Shown piece after piece: positions 8,857-17,919 of a DNA stretch of 51,516 bases. Source of the stretch: Candidatus Bathyarchaeia archaeon. Its GTDB lineage: Archaea; Thermoproteota; Bathyarchaeia; Bathyarchaeales; Bathycorpusculaceae. Position 1 is the stretch's first letter, and every line of letters starts with the position of its first letter. The notes below the pieces were generated by a model. It did no database searches. It had not been told where the DNA came from and worked only from the letters and a program-made list of their open reading frames with translations. The DNA is taken from positions 1 through 51,516 of the forward strand of contig JBEKGO010000015.1 of assembly GCA_050012755.1 (NCBI GenBank), written 5' to 3'. A program made the position numbers and the translations under genes.

Positions 8857-10188
8857 ATGCCCGCAGTTCTAAATCTAAAACCCGAAGACATTGATACTAT
8901 TGAAAAACGCTCCAAATATACAATAAGCGTAATAGGATGCGGGCAAAACGGAATTCTCCTCGCTACAGCCTTTGCAGATGCAGGATTCAAAGTAATATGT
9001 ACAGATGAAAATCTAAGCGTTATAAAAAAAGTCACAAGAGGAAAAACCTCGTTTACAGGACCAGAAATTGAAGGCAAACTAAAGGGCTTAATCAACTCAG
9101 GACAATTGAACGTCACTAGCGAATTGAAAAAAGCGGTTACACAAAGCGACATTATAATCATAACCGTTGGCGTAAAAGTTGACAGTAGGAAGAAAATCGA
9201 TTATTCAGACGCAGTAGCGTCATGCAAGCAAGTTGCCGCAGCACTCCGTGCCGGCACACTGGTTATTTACTGTAATATTGCGGCTTTCGGTTTCAATGAA
9301 GGAATAATGAAGGAAACATTTGAGAACACGTCAGGTCTCAAAGTGGGTCAAGATTTTGGTTTAGCCTACATTCCATTACAAACCTCAGATGCTAAGTATG
9401 CAAGTCAAATATCAAATTTGGAGTTGAAAGTTGCAGTAACTGGAAAAACAAATATTGAGGCGGTCACTAACATTCTAAAAAAAATAACTAAAAACGTCAA
9501 GGAAATTAATGATGTAAAAACAGCGGAGATAGCAACTCTTTTTACAGTTGCCAGAAAAGATGCAAGCAGGGCATTAGCTAACGAGTTGGCAGTTTTCTGT
9601 GAAAACGCACACATAGATTATTTTGAAGTTTTAAAATTGTTAGATGTCAATGATCCAAGCTTTTGGCCGACGACTGTTGAGGAGGAAAACAAAAACGAAG
9701 CATATCTTCTGCTGGAAAGCGCAGAAAACCTAAATGCTAAGCTCAGGCTTCCCGCATTGTCTAGGCAAATAAACGAAGATATGATTAAACACGCTGTTAA
9801 TTTAACTCAAGATGCTCTACGGGCTTGTAATAAAACGCTAAGAAGGGCACGTGTTGCGGTTATGGGAACGGTGAACCAACCAACAGGCATTTTTGTAAGA
9901 ATGCTGGAGTTAAAGGGTGCTAAGGTCAGTCTCTATGATCCTTTGTCAAAGAGAGAATCTTTGGATTTAGGAGTAGTGAAGAGCAGAAACTTAAATGAGA
10001 CTGTTGAAGGCACTGACTGCATTGTAATACTTACAGGCGAAGATCAATTTAAGAATTTGAACCTAAAAAAGTTAAAAGCGTTAGCTAAAACGCCCGCTGT
10101 AATCGTAGATTTAGCGGGTGTGTTTGAGCCAAAAAAGGTGGAGGCAGAAGGTTTCATATACAGAGGGTTAGGTAGAGGTACTGATTGA
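8857..10188 (+). CDS. UDP-glucose/GDP-mannose dehydrogenase family protein, apparently catalytically degenerate
   Basis: Rossmann GCGQNG, SGLKVGQDFGLAY, ALANELA, C-terminal IYRGLGRG; canonical catalytic Lys and GGHC Cys not present. Confidence 0.8.
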   Translation: MPAVLNLKPEDIDTIEKRSKYTISVIGCGQNGILLATAFADAGFKVICTDENLSVIKKVTRGKTSFTGPEIEGKLKGLINSGQLNVTSELKKAVTQSDIIIITVGVKVDSRKKIDYSDAVASCKQVAAALRAGTLVIYCNIAAFGFNEGIMKETFENTSGLKVGQDFGLAYIPLQTSDAKYASQISNLELKVAVTGKTNIEAVTNILKKITKNVKEINDVKTAEIATLFTVARKDASRALANELAVFCENAHIDYFEVLKLLDVNDPSFWPTTVEEENKNEAYLLLESAENLNAKLRLPALSRQINEDMIKHAVNLTQDALRACNKTLRRARVAVMGTVNQPTGIFVRMLELKGAKVSLYDPLSKRESLDLGVVKSRNLNETVEGTDCIVILTGEDQFKNLNLKKLKALAKTPAVIVDLAGVFEPKKVEAEGFIYRGLGRGTD

Positions 10189-10191
10189 ATA

Positions 10192-11142
10192 ATGAAAAAA
10201 CTTGGAGTAGCAGTAATCGGAACAGGTTTTTGGGGCAAAAACCACGCAAGAGTCTATAAAGAATTAGCTTCAACAGAACTTATCGCAATTTGCGATGTTA
10301 ACGCTGAAAGAGCCGAAGCTATCGCTAACCAGTTTGGCGTAAAAGCATACACTGGCAGCACTCAAATGCTGAAAAACAAAGAAATAGAAGCCCTAAGCGT
10401 TTGCACATGGTCAACTGTTCTTGCCAAAGAAGCGCTCAAAGGCCTCAAAGCAGGAAAACATGTTCTAGTTGAGAAACCCATGGCCACCAACACAAAACAA
10501 GCACAAAAACTATGTGAAACCGCTCAGGAAAATGGCCTTCACTTAACTGTGGGTTTTCTGATGAGGTTTATTCCTGGACTACAGACCATCCGTGAAGCAG
10601 TGGAAACCAAGAAAATCGGGCAATTAGTGTGCGTTAACGCCAAACGAGTTTCTCAATGGCCTGAGAGAATAGGCGATGTTGGAGTAGTAAAAGATACAGC
10701 GATACATGACATAGATGTTATGCGTTTTATATCCAAACAAGATCCAGTCACTGTTTACGCGAAAATGGGAAACATGAAACACCGAAAATTCGAAGATTAC
10801 GCACACATAATGCTCACATACAAAAGTGGAGAGAGCGCTTTTATAGAATCCAACTGGCTAACACCCTACAAAACTCGAGCGTTAACTGTCACAGGCTCCG
10901 ACGCCATCATGAGATTAGATTATATAACTCAAGACCTATGGATTGAACAGCAAAAAGAGACAGTACAACCCAGATATCCATTCCAGGAACCATTAAAATG
11001 TGAACTTCAACATTTCGCAGAATGCATACTTGAAAAGAAAAAACCGCTTATTACCGGAGAAGACGGAGTAAAAGCCTTAGAAGTAGCTCAAGCAGCAATG
11101 CAATCTTCAGCCAAAAACAGAGCAATAAACCTAAAGAATTAA
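10192..11142 (+). CDS. Gfo/Idh/MocA oxidoreductase (probable UDP-sugar 3-dehydrogenase)
   Basis: GTGFWG, HVLVEKP, D...HDID, ESNWLTPYK; nucleotide-sugar operon context. Confidence 0.85.
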   Translation: MKKLGVAVIGTGFWGKNHARVYKELASTELIAICDVNAERAEAIANQFGVKAYTGSTQMLKNKEIEALSVCTWSTVLAKEALKGLKAGKHVLVEKPMATNTKQAQKLCETAQENGLHLTVGFLMRFIPGLQTIREAVETKKIGQLVCVNAKRVSQWPERIGDVGVVKDTAIHDIDVMRFISKQDPVTVYAKMGNMKHRKFEDYAHIMLTYKSGESAFIESNWLTPYKTRALTVTGSDAIMRLDYITQDLWIEQQKETVQPRYPFQEPLKCELQHFAECILEKKKPLITGEDGVKALEVAQAAMQSSAKNRAINLKN

Positions 11143-11145
11143 AGA

Positions 11146-11415
11146 TTATTTTAAGTTGAATGGTTTTCCTTCAGCCACTATTTTTTCAGGAACTTTTGCC
11201 TTCCATTTCTTTAAAAAGGGTAAGTCATCAGCTTCTTTTCGTAACTCATCAGGCAACATTTCTGGAATTTCATCTCTTATTGGATACCAGCGTAAACATT
11301 TGGGACAAACGATTAAGCCCTCAACTATTTCGTCTTTTTCTTCAAAAACATGCAGTTCAAGAGGATGATATTTGTCGATTGGGCAAGCCAAAATTTCCAT
11401 CAGTTTACGTTTCAT
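11146..11415 (-). CDS. trm112: Trm112 family methyltransferase activator
   Basis: MKRKLMEILACPIDK...EGLIVCPKCLRWYPIRDEIPEMLPDE. Confidence 0.92.
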   Translation of the reverse strand: MKRKLMEILACPIDKYHPLELHVFEEKDEIVEGLIVCPKCLRWYPIRDEIPEMLPDELRKEADDLPFLKKWKAKVPEKIVAEGKPFNLK

Positions 11416-11448
11416 TGGTAATCACGAATTAAATAGTTAACCACCTAT

Positions 11449-12324
11449 CTATAAAAACTTGTTTGACAACGAATCGACATGTATGTCTAGAACGGTCTGA
11501 TACCAATTAGGACCTGTTCGTCGAACTACATGAGAAAAAGCAAAAACGTAGCCCACGCCTAGACCGTCAAGTTTTTCCGCCACCTTCAACCGAGTTTTTT
11601 CAGCCGGATTTTCATTTCCAACTGCATGCTGGAAATCGTAGTAATGGATCCAACCGCCTCGTTTCTTAAGCGAACAAATTGCATACGGCAAGTATTCGAG
11701 GGCTTTTTCAGGTAAAGGCATCAACACTCGGTCAGCCTTGCATTGCAAGTCAGCTTCGATTATTTCCTTTGAATCACCAAGCAAAGGAATCACTTTGCCG
11801 AAAACTCTGTTGATTCTTATGTTCTCTTTCATAAATTTAATCGCCACTGGATTAACATCAATAGAAAAAATCTTATTTTTGTCGAGAGTTCTGGCAATTA
11901 TTATGCTAAAACAACCAACTCCCGCAAACATGTTAACAATTGTTTCATCAGGCTTAACCAAACCTGCAATCCGTGATCGCTCATGCAAAAGTCTGGGAGA
12001 AAAATAGCATTTCTCAACATCAACCGCAAACACGCATCCAGATTCTCTATATCTGGTAATTGTTTTGTTCTCCCCCGCCACCAACCTTAACGCTCTAACC
12101 CTAAATTCACCCAAAATTGGACTATCTTGGACAAAAACCGATTTCACGCCTCTGTGGATGGACATTATTTTGTTTGCGACTGCTTTTGCATTAGAATTGT
12201 TTCCATTACGCATCTTAATGATTGCAATATCGCCTATTATGTCGAATGAATTGTAAATTTGATCCAAGTCTTGCGAAGAAAGATCACTCGAAAGTTTTTC
12301 TCGAAGCCGTTTCCTCGCCTTCAT
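11449..12324 (-). CDS. Trm5/Taw2 family tRNA methyltransferase (Met-10+ like)
   Basis: SFDIIGDIAI, YFSPRL..ER, NMFAGVG, DRVLMPLP; start moved to ATG 12324 (MKARKRL) because the longer ORF overlaps rpo12. Confidence 0.85.
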   Translation of the reverse strand: MKARKRLREKLSSDLSSQDLDQIYNSFDIIGDIAIIKMRNGNNSNAKAVANKIMSIHRGVKSVFVQDSPILGEFRVRALRLVAGENKTITRYRESGCVFAVDVEKCYFSPRLLHERSRIAGLVKPDETIVNMFAGVGCFSIIIARTLDKNKIFSIDVNPVAIKFMKENIRINRVFGKVIPLLGDSKEIIEADLQCKADRVLMPLPEKALEYLPYAICSLKKRGGWIHYYDFQHAVGNENPAEKTRLKVAEKLDGLGVGYVFAFSHVVRRTGPNWYQTVLDIHVDSLSNKFL

Positions 12325-12397
12325 ATCTTCATTACTCGCAAGGTATTGGAAATGTTTAAAAGCAAAATACTTTTCTTTGTAGGAAGAGGCGTTTCTA

Positions 12398-12559
12398 ATG
12401 GAAAAATCAGGAATTGTATATGAATGCATGAGATGTGGGGCAAGAGTGCCATCTGAAGAGCTGGAGTTACGAGGCGGAGAAACAAAATGCATCATCTGCG
12501 GCTATAGAATTTTAAAGAAAGTTAAACCGCCAGTAGTAAAACGTGTTCAATCAAAATAA
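12398..12559 (+). CDS. rpo12: DNA-directed RNA polymerase subunit Rpo12 (P), 53 aa, absent from ORF track
   Basis: Hand translation MEKSGIVYECMRCGARVPSEELELRGGETKCIICGYRILKKVKPPVVKRVQSK: YxCxxC...CxxCGYRILxK signature. Confidence 0.95.
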   Translation: MEKSGIVYECMRCGARVPSEELELRGGETKCIICGYRILKKVKPPVVKRVQSK

Positions 12560-12618
12560 GAAGGAAATGCTCGTGTTTTCACGAGTTGTTTAATTTTTCA
12601 ATTTTTTCAAATAATTAT

Positions 12619-12909
12619 TTAATAGATTTCCTTGTCCCCAAGCTTGCGCAACGCTTTACCTCTAAGTCTTATTGATTCGCCTAGGAAATCGTCTTCAAAG
12701 TCTTTTTCAACGGTTTTGCGTTTCACCATTTCGCCGCAAACTCCTCCAGGCAACAAACGTCTTTTCATACACATAGAATATGTGCAGTTTGCAATGTCAC
12801 ACTTTTCTTCTGTCAACCTACATCCAACGGAGTCTCGACGGAAGAAGATGTTGTTTTGTGCGCATTTAAAAGAGCTGCATGTTGGAGAACAAGTCTTTGA
12901 TTGAGCCAA
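12619..12909 (-). CDS. Small Cys-rich hypothetical protein
   Basis: Eight Cys in about 55 residues; TTG at 12909 preceded by GAGGTG (ORF track start 12924). Confidence 0.7.
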   Translation of the reverse strand: MAQSKTCSPTCSSFKCAQNNIFFRRDSVGCRLTEEKCDIANCTYSMCMKRRLLPGGVCGEMVKRKTVEKDFEDDFLGESIRLRGKALRKLGDKEIY

Positions 12910-13020
12910 TAAGATACACCTCAATTGTCAAATCAAAATCTTAGTTTGTTTGTCCTTGTATCTGCTTATGTTATTGGAGGCAATATAAACTTTTTTCCAA
13001 AAAAGGGAATAATTTCCTAT

Positions 13021-15141
13021 TTAAGTTGCAAGGGTACGTTTAACTCTTTTTCGTCGATAGATTTCCACAATCGCTAGCAAAATTACAGCTACCAATATTA
13101 CAATTACGGCAAACAATGAACTCACCGGTATCAATAGCGATCCCAAAACAACATATCTCTCAATTGTCACTTGAATTGAAGTTGGCTGATTAACGGTTAC
13201 AGCCACAGCTTGATAAGCATCTTGTGCTCCTATAGCAAACGCTACTACTTGCATATCGCCACCAATGACGTTATCAAAAACAGCTTTCCCATTGCTTTTT
13301 GTTATAGCTGAAAAACGTTCAGTTGCTGGGCCATTTAATGTGACGTTAGCATTTGAGATTGGGTTGCCGAAAAAGTCTACAACTTTTACCGACACTTGAA
13401 TACCGTAGAGCGTACATAGGACTAATTTTTGGGTGGCTCCGAAAACTTCGAAGGTTGTTTGGTTTATGAGAATATTGTCTTTGTAGAATTTTGCTTGATA
13501 TATTCCAAAACTAACTTGTGTTGTAACTGAACCTGAACTGTCTGTTGTTGTCGAATAGAATATTCCAGTTGTCTGTTCAACGAGTTCTATACGTGCGTCA
13601 GGAATTGCCGCTTGGTTATTACCAACTACGTTAATGTTTAGTGTTTCACTTGGGCAAATTATTACTAAGTTTGTGAAGGCTTGGGCGGTGATATTGTAAA
13701 AAGTGCTATTATCTGGATTGAAAACGATATTGTACAATGAAGCTTTTATAGTGTAGCTTATCCCAATTAGCGAAGAATTCAGCTCGAAAGCTCCTGAGAA
13801 ATCTGTTTGGCCGGAAACATTGACGGATTTATATGTGCCACTGGTCGCAGGCTGGTATTGATAGGTAATGGATAAATTAACATATGGCAGTGAAACCCCA
13901 TTTTGGTTTTGAACCACGATTCTAATATCAGTTAGTTGGCATTGAAAGTTGAAAGCCCCTGCGTCGACAACTGTTATGTCGGTTGTCCCAACGTTAGCTC
14001 CATTCAAAAAGGCTGTCAAACCATAAGTTCCAGCTTCAAGATTCAGGTTTACTATGCCGTCTGCTTCAGATGTACCATTATATTGATCGTTGGTTACTTT
14101 ATCTAAGGCCTGTACTGTTACTTGAGGAACAACTTCATTGGCTAAGTTTAAAGTTTTAATTTGTACAGAATACCCACTAATCAAAAATGTTTCCGAGTCC
14201 TGTATGGTTTTTGCGACGCCTTGAGGAGCTATCGAAACTGTGTAATTTCCAAGAGCAGCATTTGATGGAACTATCCATGTTTTAGTAATGACACCATCTG
14301 CTGTTGCCGTTACAGATTCAGAATCCAGAGAGCCACCACTTGAACTTGAAACACTTAAAGTTGCAGCTTGATTCGGCTGATAGCCCACTGCTCTTATCGA
14401 AACTGTTTGGCCCCTATGGTAAGTTGTGGAATTGAGAAAACTTACGTAAACACCGGCTGTCCATAGTTCTTCAGATTGATTAAAGTATACGGTGTATGAA
14501 CCTACATAATCGGTAAGCGAACCATTCGGCTGGAAAGAATTGTCGGGATAAGTAACTTGTGCAGTTGCAGTTCCTTTTTGGTTGGCTGTTCCTAACGATA
14601 CTATTTTTGAATATTGTGTGTTGAGTGGGCTCGGAAGTACAACAGAAACGTTAGCGTCATAAGAAGTGCCAACAGTTCCTCCGGTGACCGCAACATTAAG
14701 ATTCATACTACTTCCTTCTTGGATTTGAGAAGAAGCTGTTATGGTATAGTTAGTTGTTACTGTAAAATCTGTTTCAGTTGAATTTATGTTAGCACTAATA
14801 TCCCTAAGTCTTATGGCATAGGTGCCAGCTGGAACTTCAGGTACGGAAAAGTTTGCATCAACATAATATCCCTGAGAAGTACCACTTGCAATAACTTGAC
14901 TTTGAAATAGCACTTGGTATTGACCATAGGATATATAGATGGTTCCTTGAAGAGTTAACGCATCGCCAACCGACGACTCGTTAGTTGTTTGTCCTGCGAT
15001 GGGTTGAGCGCCTATCGGATTGATTTGAATAATGGTCACACCTAGGTTTTGGTTTTGCCCAAAGACTAACCAAAGGGGAGCCGCTGCAAAAGCGATGGAC
15101 ATCAAGATTAATAATGTAACTGCAACAATTTTTTTATTCAA
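13021..15141 (-). CDS. Secreted, C-terminally anchored cell-surface protein with repeated beta-sandwich (carboxypeptidase-regulatory-like) domains
   Basis: Signal peptide MNKKIVAVTLLILM..., S/T/N/V-rich repeats (e.g. VVDFFGNPISNANVTL), many N-x-S/T sequons, C-terminal TM + RRKRVKR. Confidence 0.82.
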   Translation of the reverse strand: MNKKIVAVTLLILMSIAFAAAPLWLVFGQNQNLGVTIIQINPIGAQPIAGQTTNESSVGDALTLQGTIYISYGQYQVLFQSQVIASGTSQGYYVDANFSVPEVPAGTYAIRLRDISANINSTETDFTVTTNYTITASSQIQEGSSMNLNVAVTGGTVGTSYDANVSVVLPSPLNTQYSKIVSLGTANQKGTATAQVTYPDNSFQPNGSLTDYVGSYTVYFNQSEELWTAGVYVSFLNSTTYHRGQTVSIRAVGYQPNQAATLSVSSSSGGSLDSESVTATADGVITKTWIVPSNAALGNYTVSIAPQGVAKTIQDSETFLISGYSVQIKTLNLANEVVPQVTVQALDKVTNDQYNGTSEADGIVNLNLEAGTYGLTAFLNGANVGTTDITVVDAGAFNFQCQLTDIRIVVQNQNGVSLPYVNLSITYQYQPATSGTYKSVNVSGQTDFSGAFELNSSLIGISYTIKASLYNIVFNPDNSTFYNITAQAFTNLVIICPSETLNINVVGNNQAAIPDARIELVEQTTGIFYSTTTDSSGSVTTQVSFGIYQAKFYKDNILINQTTFEVFGATQKLVLCTLYGIQVSVKVVDFFGNPISNANVTLNGPATERFSAITKSNGKAVFDNVIGGDMQVVAFAIGAQDAYQAVAVTVNQPTSIQVTIERYVVLGSLLIPVSSLFAVIVILVAVILLAIVEIYRRKRVKRTLAT

Positions 15142-15354
15142 GTCATTCTGCTCTCCAAATCAACAGCTGGCAATATTTGTAATGACTCATGATTTAACTA
15201 AAGATGATTTTAAACTTTGCCGTGTAACTACATCATTTAAGGCTTGAATTAATAAGAACAAATAGAATAATTAATATTCCTTGGAAAAAATTCATTTAAG
15301 CAGCAGGATTTTTAATAGAGAGTTTTCCTTAGGTTAAACAAATTCGGTGAAAAC

Positions 15355-16317
15355 TTGGAGAAAAACCTTGCAGCCACGCTTACTGGAGCTCTAAAAAAAC
15401 AAAAATACCACTTAGTTGGCAATCACTCAGCCGTTAAAAGGTGCAAATGGCTCTATGAATCTATTGTAAATGAGAGGCCATGTTATAAGCAGAGATTTTA
15501 TGGCATAAAATCGCACAGATGCATCCAAATGTCGCCCTCCCTGTACTATTGCACACAAGAATGCTTGTTTTGCTGGAGAGCTCAAAGCGGAGATTTAGAA
15601 GTAACTTGGGATGAGATGAAAATTCCAAAAATAGATTCGCCGGAAGAAATTGTTGAGGGCTGCCTTAAAGCTCAAGAAAAAATTTTGACTGGATATAAAG
15701 GAAACCCGAAAACAAACTGGCGCAAATTTCAAGAAGCCCTAATCCCAAAACATGTCGCAATAAGTTTAACAGGCGAACCAACGATCTATGACCCGTTAGG
15801 AGATTTAATTGAAACATTTTCTCGAAAAGGTTTAACAACATTTCTTGTTTCAAACGGCACCTTGCCATCTAAACTCTCTAAGTTAAGCAAAGAACCTACC
15901 CAACTCTATATTTCCGTATGTGCACCCAACGAACACATATACAAGCAAGTCTGCCGTCCCCATTTTCCAAACGCTTGGGCCAAATTAAATGAAACCCTTG
16001 GATTTCTGAAGAGTTTCCGTTGCCCAACAGTAGTTCGAACTACTCTGGTTAAGGAACACAATATGGAACATGTTGATCAATATGCGAAGCTAATTGTGAA
16101 AGCCAATCCGACGTATGTAGAAGCCAAGGCGTACATGCATATTGGTTTTTCAAACCTCCGCCTAAGTTTTGAACACATGCCCACGCACAACGAAGTTAAG
16201 GATTTTGCAGCCGAATTAGCTGAGAAAACGGGTTATAAGATTATAGATGAAGCTCCTGAGAGCAGAGTAGTATTGTTGAGCAGGTTGGAAAAGCCTATTC
16301 AGGTTGGAAACATCTAA
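15355..16317 (+). CDS. taw1: 4-demethylwyosine synthase (radical SAM)
   Basis: HSAVKRCKW, CYKQRFYGIKSHRCIQM, CTQECLFCWR, HVAISLTGEPT, SRVVLL. Confidence 0.95.
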   Translation: MEKNLAATLTGALKKQKYHLVGNHSAVKRCKWLYESIVNERPCYKQRFYGIKSHRCIQMSPSLYYCTQECLFCWRAQSGDLEVTWDEMKIPKIDSPEEIVEGCLKAQEKILTGYKGNPKTNWRKFQEALIPKHVAISLTGEPTIYDPLGDLIETFSRKGLTTFLVSNGTLPSKLSKLSKEPTQLYISVCAPNEHIYKQVCRPHFPNAWAKLNETLGFLKSFRCPTVVRTTLVKEHNMEHVDQYAKLIVKANPTYVEAKAYMHIGFSNLRLSFEHMPTHNEVKDFAAELAEKTGYKIIDEAPESRVVLLSRLEKPIQVGNI

Positions 16318-16560
16318 CCCTAATTGAATTGCTTGAGCAGCGTATATTAAAGTTTTTGGAGTCTAGTTTTACTAGTGAATACTCGGGACAAGCCGTCGTC
16401 AAAAGCCGTTAAAACTGGATAATTGAAAGAAGAAGGACAATTGAAATTAGCGTCGTGTCCTACTTCTTCTAAGATACTTGCTGTATCCTTAAGGACACAG
16501 GAAAAATTTTTGGGAAATTGAAATAAGCAACTTTGGCTTCATTTGGTACAAGGTGCTATT

Positions 16561-17217
16561 TTGTCGGCTTTAGAAACTGTCTTAAAAAAAATAAAAAATG
16601 ACCTTATGCATAAAAACGAAGTTCGTGAGCAAGCACATGAAAGCATGCGGAAAACAACTAGCCAATCCAAACAAGCGATTCTGCTGATCCACCAAAAAAA
16701 ATATGTTGACGCTGAAAAACTTATTGAAAGCGCCAAAGAAAAAATTGTAAACCTTCACAATTTAGCCAGGCAGTACCCAGAGATTGTTTATGGAGGAATG
16801 TTTAGTGCAGCTCTTCAGGAATATTCCGAAGCACAAATATTTTTAACACTTGTTGAAGAAACTCGTTTCATAACGCCCACCGAGATAAACGTGTCATCGG
16901 TTGACTATATTTTGGGTTTGGCAGATGTTATAGGAGAATATAGGCGATTAGCCCTTGACAATTTACGTGAAGGCGAAGTAAAGAAGGGCGAAGAATGTTT
17001 AAAAATCATGGATCAAGTATTCATTCAGCTTTTAGCTCTTGATGAGGCTTACATGCTTGTTCCTGGACTCCGTCATAAATCTGATGCCGCGAGAAGAATA
17101 ATTGAAGCCACACGTGGTGACGTTACAATAGAAATCCGCAGAAAATCACTGGAAAATTACTTAAAAAAATTCGAACTAAACAAACCTGTTTCTAAGCGAA
17201 AGAAGAAGAAAGAATAA
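16561..17217 (+). CDS. Translin/TRAX family endoribonuclease
   Basis: LQEYSEA and YILGLADVIGEYRR motifs, LRHKSD; TTG 16561 follows AAGGTG (ORF track start 16543). Confidence 0.88.
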   Translation: MSALETVLKKIKNDLMHKNEVREQAHESMRKTTSQSKQAILLIHQKKYVDAEKLIESAKEKIVNLHNLARQYPEIVYGGMFSAALQEYSEAQIFLTLVEETRFITPTEINVSSVDYILGLADVIGEYRRLALDNLREGEVKKGEECLKIMDQVFIQLLALDEAYMLVPGLRHKSDAARRIIEATRGDVTIEIRRKSLENYLKKFELNKPVSKRKKKKE

Positions 17218-17221
17218 CTTT

Positions 17222-17911
17222 TTGAGCAAATATCTCGAGTTAAAGAAGAATTTTTCAATAAAAAAAGCACATAAAACCCAAATACGTTTATCGAAAAAAA
17301 TTATTTCAGAAGATAATTTACCATCAAAAATAAGAACAGTTGCAGGTGTTGACGTATCTTATGTTGGGCAACTGGGCGTCGGCGCGGTAGTAGTCTTAGA
17401 TTATGAAGCGTTAGAGGTTTTAGAAACCCAAGTTGCAAGCTGCCAAGTTAAGATTCCTTACATTCCAACTTTGCTCGCTTTCAGGGAAATTCCTCCTGCA
17501 GTAGCGACTATCAAAAAGCTGAAGATTCAACCTGATGTCTTCCTTGTTGATGCACAGGGGTTCGCTCATCCCTACAGGTGTGGATTTGCCAGCCACTTGG
17601 GACTTATTTTAAGCAAACCAACTATTGGAGCAGCAAAAAGCAGGTTGATTGGCACGCCAGTGGAATTAGATGGGACAACTTTTTTGATAGATAAGGGCGA
17701 AACCATCGGTGCCGTATTAACTTCAAGTCAGAGCGGTAAGCCTGTTTTTGCAAGTGTTGGTCATATGGTGTCGCTTGAAACAGCCATAAAAATAGTTAAG
17801 CATTGCATCAAAGACCGAATGCCAGAGCCGTTACTACAAGCACACAAGTTAGCCGCTAAAGAGAGAATCAGATTTGAACAGGAAAACAAAATAAATATCA
17901 ATGAAAATTAA
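17222..17911 (+). CDS. nfi: Endonuclease V
   Basis: AGVDVSY, PYIPTLLAFRE, LVDAQGFAHP, GFASHLG, AKSRL, SVGH, PEPL. Confidence 0.93.
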   Translation: MSKYLELKKNFSIKKAHKTQIRLSKKIISEDNLPSKIRTVAGVDVSYVGQLGVGAVVVLDYEALEVLETQVASCQVKIPYIPTLLAFREIPPAVATIKKLKIQPDVFLVDAQGFAHPYRCGFASHLGLILSKPTIGAAKSRLIGTPVELDGTTFLIDKGETIGAVLTSSQSGKPVFASVGHMVSLETAIKIVKHCIKDRMPEPLLQAHKLAAKERIRFEQENKININEN

Positions 17912-17919
17912 ACTATCGT

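Noticed and set aside
12325-12495. N-terminal 57-codon extension of the Trm5/Taw2-like ORF
   Set aside because: Antisense to the genuine rpo12 gene and its promoter region
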